Positions 24,012 to 36,000 of a DNA stretch of 64,000 nt are shown in pieces. The stretch comes from Callorhinchus milii (lineage: Eukaryota). Location of the stretch: assembly GCF_018977255.1 (NCBI RefSeq), contig NW_024704746.1:24118001-24182000 (forward strand). The letters run 5' to 3'. The notes under the pieces were generated by a model. That model saw only the letters and a program-made list of their open reading frames with translations. It made no database searches and was not told the origin of the DNA. Both the position numbers and the translations under genes were made by a program. The number at the start of each line of letters is the position of its first letter. The stretch's first letter is position 1.

Positions 24012-27000
24012 GTGTGCACGCTCTCCTATCGCACTGCTGTATCTCTTCATCTGCTTTTTTTCCACACTTCTGTGCCTACATTTCTCACTTATTCTTCCAT
24101 GTGTACTTTGTTTCTCTTTCTCTTTCCTGTTCTGTCACTCCGTACATTCTTTGTCTCATTTGCTCACAAGATATGTCTTTCTGCTACTCTTTATACCCCT
24201 ATATATCTCGCTCTCTCGCTCTCCCTCTATCTTATTCATACCTATGATGAATGACCCATCAATCTGACACAGAATGAGACCACCCATACAGGAGTATTAC
24301 ATTTTCAAGCTAATTCCTTACTTAAGAGCCAAGTTCACGATTGAAGGCACAGCATCCCATAACACGATTAATATTCTGCACATCCCGGTACAGACACTCT
24401 GTTGCCATGGTACGCTACCTAAAATAAGAATTAAAAATGTAGAAAGTTCCCATCTCTGGACTTTTAGCTGCAGCTGGCTCTAGTGTTAATTAGCAGAATT
24501 TGACTGGCAGAATTCAAACCAAGTCGGGGAGAAGGGGGTGAGGGGAAGAGAGAAAGAGACCAAACATTGGTTAAAAATTCACACGACTCATTCCAGTGCA
24601 GGTCAGTTCTTCCTCCTGCTATCTGCTGCTCTCCAAGTCAGTATATTTTGGAGGAATGTTGACAGCTTCAGCCTTGTAACATCCATGGACTCAGGCAAGG
24701 TGCATGTGCTCCCAACACTACCAGATATTGCAAACATATGTCCGTGCTTAAGATAACAGTCGTGGGGTCACCTCACATCTCCTCCTGCAAGTTAGTTTTC
24801 AACAGCAGCTTGACTTCCAACATCCTCAACCAGTCAGTGTCACAAATGGTAAATTTGCCAACATTTGTTAGTCTTACTAACTGATAAGAAGTGTGTGTGT
24901 GTGTGTGAGCAGGGATGTGTGGAGGAGGGGAGTACAGGTGGCCCTTCTCTCTCTCGCTCTGCGGCCATGTGTGTGTGTGTGTGTGCGTACTCCTCTCTCC
25001 CTCATGCGCACACGCATTCAATTTTAAAAAAATCTTGTACGTCATGAAAATGTTCACAAATATTTCTTGAATGATTTTTAATTCATTTTGGTTTTCTTCA
25101 TGTAAATCCTGCTGTTATGGCAACATCACTAGATGCCAGTGGCCCAAGGCGCATGTTTTTCTGGTGATGCTTCACCACTAGGACCAGAGTCATTCAATCC
25201 CACACGTACTATCAAGTACTAATAAGGTTCAAACATTATCAACGAGTTTCCAACAGTTCAAAGACATGAAAGGCGCTATACAAATGTAATTTTGTTGTTA
25301 TACATCACAGTCAGTTGTTGCAGCCTATTGTGAGCTCACACATAGTTCAGAGCAACATAAAGCCCATTATGAGGGGTATCACCAGATACGAATAGTTCAG
25401 AATATTCCTATCTTCTTTACTCAATGTTGCAGGCAATCAATGTAACTCTACAGTTTCCAGAACCTATTTCATGTTATGAAAGTTATTGGATGAGGCCAAT
25501 AACTATGACATGGCCTAAGCTGCTGGTAAAAGCTTATTAGATGCCTTTGCACCTATGTAAAGTGCAGCTGGTATTTCTTTTCAACAATTTTCTAAGGTTA
25601 ATCCATATAAGCTCTCACACAGTTTACTGTTCATTACTGAAGAGAAGTATTAATGAAATCTTACCTTTCAGCCAGTCCTGGATGAAGTGCAACCACATTT
25701 TTGGCAGCTCTTTATTCTTTTCACGGACGATGTATTTGATATTGTTAAAACTCTTGTGCAGGTCATATAATAAGCTCTGGGACTTTGGGTAATCAAATCC
25801 TCCCATTGAGACGATGTACATGTTGTAGAAGGAGAAGTACTTGAACTGAGCGGCGATAAAATCGTACTCCTTGGTCTCACGAGGAACAATGTCTGTGAGG
25901 TACAGCCCATCATGAACCATGGTCGTTCCGTAAAGCTCAATCCCAGTAAAGTCATGAACAGGACTAACACCACCACCTGGATCATTAAACAAAAACACAG
26001 TCAGTTCCAAAGCTTTTTATTTCTCCCCAAGACAGAAAGGTTGACTCTAATCGCAAGATAAAGAGATTGCATGCAGTACGTTCACTGCTTAACAATGAAT
26101 CCCTCCCTAACCCTCCCCATTCAAAGTTTTTCTGGATAGATGTTTGTTAGGTCAGGGTAACGAGGGGTATGGCGCAAGGGCGGGTGATTGGAGTTGAGAT
26201 ATAGATCAGCCGTGATCTTAAAGAATGACAGAACAGGCTCAAGGGGCTGAATGTCCTCCTCCTGCTTCTATCTTTCTATGTTTTTACATTTCTAAGGAAC
26301 TCCCCCAATGGTTCTGTTGAAGATGATTAAACATGCTGCGGAGATCAATATCAGCCAATAACGGCTTGCAGCACTGACCCTCTACAGTAACTGTGTCACG
26401 AATTCCAATGTACATCTAGAATCCAATTACTAGTTGGCTAACGTGAAGCAGTGCTCACAGTGTGCCAGTCTGTCAATGTCAAAACAGTTCTACAGAGAGC
26501 AGATTTATAATTATTCTCAGTTGAGAGTCACTTACTTTAGTTTGGGTTTTGAGTAGGAGGGGGGCGTATTTGTCCCGGGCGAAGTCTGCCAGGTTCCATT
26601 TGACGAAGGGCATCTGGACACATTCCCTGCCGGCTTTGGTCTCGTTCACCTGAGCCAGCAAGTCCCTGGTTGAGCTGGTGGCGTCTAAGCCCTGCAGGCC
26701 AGCACTGTCCACAGAAGTTACAATGATGGAAGGAGTCGTGGAGATGCGTGAAGTGGGAGGCAGGATGGTGACAATGTGTTGTCCTGTGGGGTCGCATTGG
26801 GTAAAGGCCTGCACGGTGGTGGTGATCTGGGTGCTGTGGGTGAACGTTGGCCCACTGTAGGGCGAAGGGTGGAAGGTATGGTTATCGTTGGCATCAGCGA
26901 ACTCTTGGGGTTGGACCTGGATCACTCTGGTTGAGCAGAGACTGTGAACAAAGCACTAGATTAGAAGATTCCTGTATCTGCAATAACATGGTAGATGCAT

Positions 27001-30000
27001 CCTATATCTTACAATAATAATCCTTGCATTTGTTACAGCGCCTTATCACATTGTCGAGACATCTGAAAGCGCTTCATAGAATATACTGCAAAGTGTAGTG
27101 ACTGTGTATTTTGCGGCAGCCAATTGTGCACAGCAGTGTCCTACAACCCCTGGAAAGCGACCTGCCAATCGACTAACAACTACTTTGCTGCTAGGTGTGA
27201 AGCGTGTGGAGTAAGGAAGCTTACCCTTACCCTAACCCTGCCCGGGAATCAAATCCTCGCTTGCGAGGCGAGTGCTCTAACCACTGAGCTACAGGACTCC
27301 ACCTGATCAAAGGAATCCTTACCTGGAAAAGCAACAGAAGATGTCCAGCCTTTTATCTTCACGCCGATGAAGGTCCAGACTGAGGATGGCAGGGAAGATG
27401 AGGAGCACCATGGCAAAGTTGAACACCACAACTATGGCAGCCTGAGCGGGGGGGGCAGGGAAAGGAGACATTCAAAGCCACACCACGATCGTTTGAAAAG
27501 CTAAATAAGATCTGGGGGATACCGTATATAGTTTGGGACATGGCATGTGAATGGATGGTGGAAGGTGAATGGCTGGACCTTGGGGTGGGGAGAAAATTCC
27601 CCTTTTGATGAAACCTAACTTGAAAAATTCACACCTGTTGCCAACAGAGTCAAAGTCACAACAGAGAGTGAGGAAATAGAGGGTTAACAGTAACAAGAAG
27701 TGTTTTTTTTATTTTAACAAAGTTATTTTAGCTTTTATTATTATTATTATTCTCTCCTTTAGCAAAGTCGATGCTCAGCTGTCTGTCTGGCAATACCCAC
27801 TTACAAACTAGCAGTGTCCCTTTAAACTCTGGAAGATGTAAAAAGCAGTAAACCTATGGCTCGTCTCCAGGACCCTGGCCTCAGGCGTAGTATTCCTCTG
27901 AACAGCAGTTTCTGATTTCCAACTAAGATATCTCGAGGTTTAAGTGAGTTGTACTACAATCCATCCCGAGCACTCATAAGGTCGTGCGTTAGGCCAAAGA
28001 AAACATAAAATCAGCGAAAGATTTGAACCTAAGGAATCCGCATGCCCCCACCCCCAGTCTCCCCCCCACCACCATCACCATCACTGTCCTTCCCCCACAT
28101 CAACATTACGGAGCAAAAGGCTCCTGAGGTCACAGCAGCCGATGGAAGTGAAGGGGGTGGGTATGCGGGTAGCTGCCTGAGGCAGACATTAAATTGCGTT
28201 ATTATCTACTAGACCACCCAGCAAGCTCAGGCAGATCACATAGCTGCAGTTGACGTGTGGATGACATATCCCATCGTTTACGTCAACTACCTTGGCTGTG
28301 CAGCTCAGGGCCTGCTCACGGATTGGCCGGTTTGCGCTGGCGTTGGCTGGCGGGTTTCTCACTGTTTTAATTCCCACTGTATATTGCTTTCAATCAGCAT
28401 CGCACACCCCGTGCCAACCCGCTCGCCCCTGGCCTGGGCAGCCCCAGCGCCACAGAGAGTCTGTAACAAGCCACAAGGAAGGTCAACCCAGTTTCTTTAT
28501 CGTGAGTGTCGCAGAAAAGTGAGGAAAGCTGCCTGGAAGCCGAATGATTGAGTGCGCCGTGTGAGCACTTTGGGGACTTGTCTTTGGCCTCTCCCCTCTC
28601 CAGGGTAAAATGGGAGCATTTTGCACGGGGGAAATAGGATGTGGATCTCCACAAATAAATGGGGTGAGAGCAACCGGGAGGGAGTAGTTTCCCCCCTTTC
28701 CTGCAGTCAATGATATTTCCTCTCTCTGGGAAGCCAGCCAGTTTCCTGGCTACTTCTTCCTCTGTTCAGCTATCGTCTGACTGGGAAACAGTGGTGGAAT
28801 GTCACAGCGGAACCGAACTACTCCAGGCACGATGGGCTGCTGCTCTGCGGCAGTCTGGGGGATACTCTGGAACTCTCTCCCTCTATCCCTCCGCCTTGCC
28901 CCCCCTTCCTTCCCCATCTTCAGGTCACGCCTGAAGACCTTCCTCTTCAACCATGGCTACGGGTCACCTCCAGACTCCCTCCCTCCGGCTCTGTGTCAAG
29001 GACACTGCCCTATCTGAGGGGCGCTGTGTAAATGCAAGTTGTTGTTGTATAAAATTAATAATAATCCTTGCGTTCAAGCAATTTGCAGTCTACAAAATTA
29101 ACCTACAAAGCTGGCTGGCGCGATTTATAATCAGCAAATACATATCTGCAACATGTAAGTGTAAAACACATGCCCCTTGCGGTCAGCCTCCAGCACGAAC
29201 AAGATTAATTCCGAAGCTGAAATGTTGAGACTGCCAGGGACATGCAACACTAATTCTCACTCCACGGAGATTTGTCTGGAGCTTGCAGGGTCAATAATGT
29301 AAAAAAAATCTTCAAAACAGTAAAAATCTCAGGCTTTCAACACTGGTTTCTTCTCGAACGCCTGTAAGTGTCCTCTTAAAATTGAGCAGAATTAGAATTG
29401 CGGCTGAAGATAAATCTGACTCCCAACTTGGCTGGGCACTGATTTGTTAGCCAAAAGATTAAACACAGTAGCCACTTTGCTAAAGGGTGACATATTGATG
29501 TTGGTGTAAGGTTTTTTAAAATAAAGTTTAAATGTTTTAGGCAAAATCTTATTAAAAGAACCAAGGCAAACAATAGCTGTGCCTGACTTTTTGTCCCTTA
29601 ATTAGTGTCACGTTTCATCCTCTTAATCAATGCCATAAAAAATAACACATCTCCAACTCTCTGCCAATCCTTCAAAATTGTCTCCCACATTTTTCTTTCA
29701 ATTACAAAAAGACTTTCAGTCGTTAGTCACTTTTTTTTAATCTGACACTTATCTCTCAAGAAGTCGATCTCCCCTCTACCCACCACCGCCCCCACACCCC
29801 TGCCCCCCCCGCCCAAGTCAAATACAGGCCTCATGAAAAACAATGGTGTTGTTTCGCAGACAACTGAGCCCTTCCACAGCCAAGACATCTGCAGGTGAGC
29901 CACAGAGGTGGTGCAGGCAAATTCCAAAGAAATGTGCAACACCTGGTATAAAAGAATTTAGTGCCTCTAATCTGCCCTCATCCACCGTCTCCCCCACCAA

Positions 30001-33000
30001 CCCCAACACATACACAAACACATTACAGATCACCAGTCACCTACCTGCAGGGAGAAAGCACGCAGGGCGGGGATGGGGATCAGAGCAGCCATAGAGAAAG
30101 CGATCATGTTGTTGATTGACGTGAGGGCGACACTTGTGCCTGTTCGCCTCAAGCATTCTCCGGTCCTTTCCTGAGACAAACACGAGAGATGGCGTCAGCA
30201 GCGATAGACTGCAAGGATTCTTATAGGGTGATCAGGTGTATTGGCTTGAGAACGTGGTTTCAGTGTTAACTGCAGACTAATGGGGTTGGTGCTGCGGGAA
30301 CGGTGGAGGAAAGGAGACTCCAATGACATAGTGGAGATATGAGAGTTGGTAAATATTCTGCAGCTTTTGCTGGAATATTGGGGTCACAGAATATCAATAC
30401 AATACTTTGTGAGTGAGTCCAAAATGAGGAGGCATTAATATGATGGCCCCAGTAGCAGATCTAAAAGGGACTTAAGAGAATCGTCCTTACTCAGAGGGCT
30501 GCTGGAAACATGGAATTTACTGCTGGAAGCTGTGGTTGAAGCAAAAAAGCAATCCACTCTTGTCCTTACCTTGAAAGGAATGTTTGTGTTTTGACCAGTC
30601 TCAGTGAATGCATGAGCCAGCAAGAACATGTCATCGACACCGATACCCAGAGCCAGAAACGGAAGCACCTAGAGTTGGGAGAACATAAACAATATTTATT
30701 AATAATAATAATAATACTTGCACTTGATAATAGCGCCTAATCATGTCACCCAGACATCTCAAAGCGCATCACAGAATATATTGTAAAGTGTGTATTTTGT
30801 GGGCGAAACGCAGCAGCCAATTGCACACAGCAGTCAGTGTCCCACAAGCAGAGGTGGATTGAGGGACCACATTTTTTTTTGGAGCAACGATCCGCCAATC
30901 AACTAACAAACGGGTTCCTACTTCCTGCTGGGTAAACCGAGGCGTGTGGAATAAGGAAATTTGCCGTAGGTTTTGCCCTGCCCGGGAATCGAACCCAGGT
31001 CCTCTCGCTTGTGATGCGATTGCTCTAACCATTACACTACAGAACTCCACATAATAATCAATCCTCGGGATTTATTACTGTCAAATAATTTTGTTGGACC
31101 ATTTTTTTTTGATTGTAGATGTCTTCTCTTGCCCCCTCCTCCCCCAAAGAACTCCGGTGAACTCCACTAAAAAATAGGGAACAACGCAGCTTGTGAAATG
31201 TATTACCTGGGTGGTAGCTGCATTAAAGGAAATTCCCAGAAGAGAGCACAGCCCCAGCCCAGAAGCCACTGACAAGGCAACTAGGAGGACACCAGCCAGG
31301 CCCACAGCTCCTTGAGATTTCGAGCAATCCCACCGCAGCATAGTCACACACGCATAGGCCAGCTGACACAGGCATGAAACCGAGAGAAGATAAAAACACA
31401 CCGTTAATCACCGCAAAGAACCATTTCCTGACATACATACAAGTCAAACCTTACACTAACAATTCCGTTGCTCTGTGACATGGACTAGAAGATGAGTTTA
31501 GATCAACGCCCCCACCCCACCCGCCATCCCAAACCCACATGCGAAGAGATTTTTACCCCATCATTTGAACATAATTCCCAGAGGTGAAATAATAAATCCT
31601 CACATTTGATAATAGCGCCTCATCACGTCTTTGAGACGTCTCAAAGCGCTTCACAGAGTGTACTGTAAAGTGAATTGACTGTGTATTTTGCGGGTGAAAC
31701 GCGGCAGCTGATTGCGCACAGCAGCGTCCCACAAACAGTCATGGATTGAGTGACCAAATTTTTTTTAAGATCGGTATTCGAAACAATTATGCTCTCCAAA
31801 TCACTCCCAAGATTTCAGCTTTCGGTGGCCATAACTAAGGAGCCGAACATTTACTACGTGGATATTTGAGACGTCTTGAAGACATGATAAGGCGCTATAT
31901 CAAATGCAAGTATTATTATTTACAAGTCAAAACACACTCACCATTAGCAGATATCCTCCAGCTACTCGGATAGCACTGACATCAGAAAAGGATTTCATAA
32001 TGTCATTAAGCGTGGTGGTGGAAAAGGCGTGGATATTTTGCGAGGAGTTCTGTAATACAGTCTGGTGAGCTACCTACAACAACAGTCAGTGAAAACAGTA
32101 AGTCATGATATTTCTGGTAAAAAAAAATATAGTTTTTGAAGTCAACAAGACCTTAAGGTGGCAGCAAGGAAAACCTGTAGATTTTTTAAATCCAGTTACA
32201 GATTCTAATAAGCAAATCCAAAATTCAGTCAAATGACTAATGACCATTTATGGTATGTCCACATGTCCAGTGAAATTAAACATACAGGTTTTAAAGCTAA
32301 TATAATTCCATGGTGTTTACTCCCGATTTGTCCAAGAACAAAATATTGTCAAAAAAAATCACCAGCCGAGGGATTAAGTGTTCCAATTTGTCCGACACAG
32401 TTTATCCGAATCTTAATTTGCCCAATCCATCCCTTATTTTGATCTCATTTTTCCCTCTCAGGGTATTCCCTTTGAGCATGCTATTTTGATAATCTATATT
32501 CTTTTCGAGTCTTGACAGCTTAGAATAATGGTTGCAGATGCCAAAGGTCACTATGGTCAAAGGTGAGGTGGGATCACATGGTCTCCAGAGGCCAGGAAAG
32601 GTCCTGTCATTCACCACCTTAAGCCCACAGCCAAAGGGCCTTCAACCTTCGGATTTTTTGCTAAACCCTCAACGTTTACGACTCCCCACCCCACCCACCC
32701 CCTTTCTCTGTGCGCGCTTCGTAGGCCTCAAGCCTTTAGTATCCAGGGAGTCAATTATCACCCAACAGCCTGTTCCTATAACTCTTCATCTGTCAAGAGT
32801 CTCAGAAACTGGCTCTCTGTACAATACAGCTGTGGACTGATGGAAATCAGCCTGATGTGGAATTCCAACGCTTACAGAAGCAATTGTAGCTACCGCTCCT
32901 CACCCCACCCACCTCCCCCTCCCCAAACCAAAAAAAATCACACATTAAATCAAAAGAAATTGCCGCCTTTTTTTCCCCCCACTTATAAAAATTTAAGGAG

Positions 33001-36000
33001 TGCGGGGTGGTGGGGGGATGCTTTTCAGTTAAAATGAGACTGAATTGGTTCGGCTGTCTGCTCCCAAGGCTTTCAATCATTGTGGCAGGCCGTTTAGCAT
33101 CTTCTCATGTTGTCTTGTCACATTTCTAACATGTTCTTCTTCTCTAATGCCTTCTTCACTATAATCCTAATGTGCCAAATGTCTGCACAGCACAACACGG
33201 GGTGACCAGACCAGGCCTCCCGACGTGAAAGGTGTTATAAACAAGTCATTTTATATTCTACCTCGACAAACTTTCGCTGCCAGATTTCCAGAATGGCCGT
33301 TGCTTTTTCCTCGTTCCAGTTGATGTCGTGGATTTCATAATCGTCCTTGAAATGTTCATAGAGCTGTTTGGGGCTCATCAGCAGGTACATGGTCTGGAGA
33401 GCCTCAGCACTGAGGTACAGAGAGAGAGGGAGAGAGAGGGAGAGAGGGGCAGGGAAGAAGAGAGGGAGATGGAGAGAGAGAGAGAGAGAGAGGGAGAGGA
33501 AAACAAAGCAAATTCTTATTGATAGTACTATTAAGCAAAAACCACAAAGCAATGCGAGTGCTGGAAACTTATCTCACTGAGGGCATCATAGGACAGAGAC
33601 CACAATTCGGAAAGGCAGTGCAGTAAAACAGTGCACAGGATCTGGAGCACCAACATAAAGTGAGCTCGGGAAAGTGTGGGAAACATGGAGAATTGCTGCC
33701 AAGGCCACCCTCAGTCACCCTCCAGCAGTTAGTTACACAGCGGCAGTGCCAGAGGTGTGAAAGGAGGTCACTTGGCCTAATGTGTCTGTGGTTGATCCCC
33801 CATGTGGGGAGATCAATAAAAGGAAAATGGGAGTGGAAACAGTAAAGCTTAAAGATTACTTTCACACCAAAAGTGCAGCAGTTTGCCTGATGGCGGAGCG
33901 TAAAGTATTTCGCCTTTTGGCTGCAGGCAGAAAAGGCCGTTGGAAGGTGAAGTAACTCGTGTGCGGAGAGAGAGAGAGCAAGAAACTCTCGAGAAATGTA
34001 ATGTTTCTCTGAGTCTCTGCTCCAGTACTGTTCCTCACCGGCTTCTTTTCATGTAGTTTAGTCACAGTCTCACTGTGTTAAACCTGAAACTTTATATCTC
34101 GATCTGGTAATTTATAATCTATAATGGCCCTGGACACTAGGCAGGTCAGGCTAGCAGCTCTCTCTCCCCCCCCAACACCTTAATAAAATTATAATTTTAT
34201 GGCAGCTCCATCACAGGGACCGGTCAGGAGTGTTGTCACAGGTGTAAACGTCTGCTTTTAGCTGCCAAACAGCCGCTGGCCGGGCAAATTGATGGTCGCA
34301 GCTCAAAGCACACAGAACTAGGATATCGTAAATCATATCACAAAGTAATGTTTCCAGTGTTCTTCACGGCCTGTTTGAGCGGATTGCACCGTATCCACTG
34401 AGATTTCCCAGGTCGCGCTCTGTGCAAAGCACCAACCCCGCTTTGTAAACCCCATTCCTTTTCATTTCTGGTTTTAAATTAAAATAAACAGGATTAAAAA
34501 AAATACTGAGATCATATAGCCCTACCCTCCAGGGTGTTGTTTCAGGAATTAAAAAATATTTTCCGCTTTTTATTTCAAATCGTTCCGTGTTATTTTCTCT
34601 TCCTGCCTTTAGCAGGTCCCACTCACCCCAAAGTCGTACACAGCCCCCTGGACGGAAAGAGATCAGCCACAAGACGTCTACCAATGCCTCGTTTGAGGAG
34701 GTCGTTACTGGGTCTTTGACAACAATCCCCCCCCCACCTTATCCTCCAGGAAGCAATCTGTCCAGCCCAGGTAATAATAATAATCCTTGCATTTTATATA
34801 GCGCCTTATCACATCTTCGAGACGCCTCAAAGCGCTTCACAGAATATACTGTAAAGTGAATTGACTGTATATTTGTGGGTGAAACGCGGCAGCCAATTGC
34901 GCACAGCAGTGTCCCCACAAACAGTCGTGGGTTGAAGTGACCAATTTAGGTATCTTTAGCAACGCTCACAGTAACTGCAAACTCGTATCTAACCCTTGCA
35001 GCACATTATTGTACAACAGTAACACAATCCTATTTCTATGTGACTCGAGTAACATATGGAGCACCTCTAGTGTTACAAAGTTCACAACACACCATTTAAA
35101 AATAAAAGAGTTTCTCAGTTAGTTTTAACATTCTTCTCCCCCCACCCCAAATCGATTTCTGTGTAATGTTAAAATAAATGCTGAAGGAGCGAGTTAACCC
35201 CTGTTATTGGGGTTCACGATCAGAGAATCCCTGAGTCATACAGATACGAGCGAGCTGATTATAAAATTATAAAATAATCAATGATATTTACAATTCTTCT
35301 GATTAAAAGTGAATTTGATGGTGAGATTCTCGTCTTTAAAGAGAAACCCGATGACAGATTCCACCTGTGTGACTCCTTCTCTAAAGGGGTCCCTAATGGC
35401 AAAATATCTCCTTTAATAATGATCGAAATCATTATATTTACTCTTTAACAGGACGAAGATAACATAAAACTCGTCCTTTAAAGGGGTGGGAAGAGTGAGT
35501 GGTCAAAGGGGGGCCCAATAATGAAGCCTTCCCTTTTTTAAAAGGGGTACTGATGAGAGACTCATTGAGGTTTGAAAGACTGATGTAAGGGGCAGGATTA
35601 TGTGACCATCCATTTACTGCAGCTGGCTACTCCAGAGTTCAGGCCAAAGGGCACCTCTGACTCCCTGCGCAAGGAATTCCTTAGCAATGGGGTTATTACA
35701 AGTCAAATCAGCCTGATTCAGGCCTTAACCCTTTCAGATCCTCCAAAAAAGAAGCAAGATCACATTGACAAAGTGCACCTCTGGTTTGTCTTGCGAGATA
35801 ACCAGTCTGATATTACTGATTTGTTCATTTTCCTTCTGGACGAGGTCTCTTTCTAATTTAACGTTTAATACCAAGCATGTAGTGTTCCCCTGACCCAGGC
35901 CTCCCTGCCCAGCACACACCATCCCCCTGGAGGAGAGGGTTGACAGACAGACAGACAGCCCGCTGCTCGAGTCACTCTGAACCAGGCTGAGAGAACAGCC

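Noticed and set aside
23858-24267. Three overlapping Cys/Ser/Leu-rich ORFs
   Set aside because: They are low-complexity translations of CT/GT/CA microsatellite-rich DNA.
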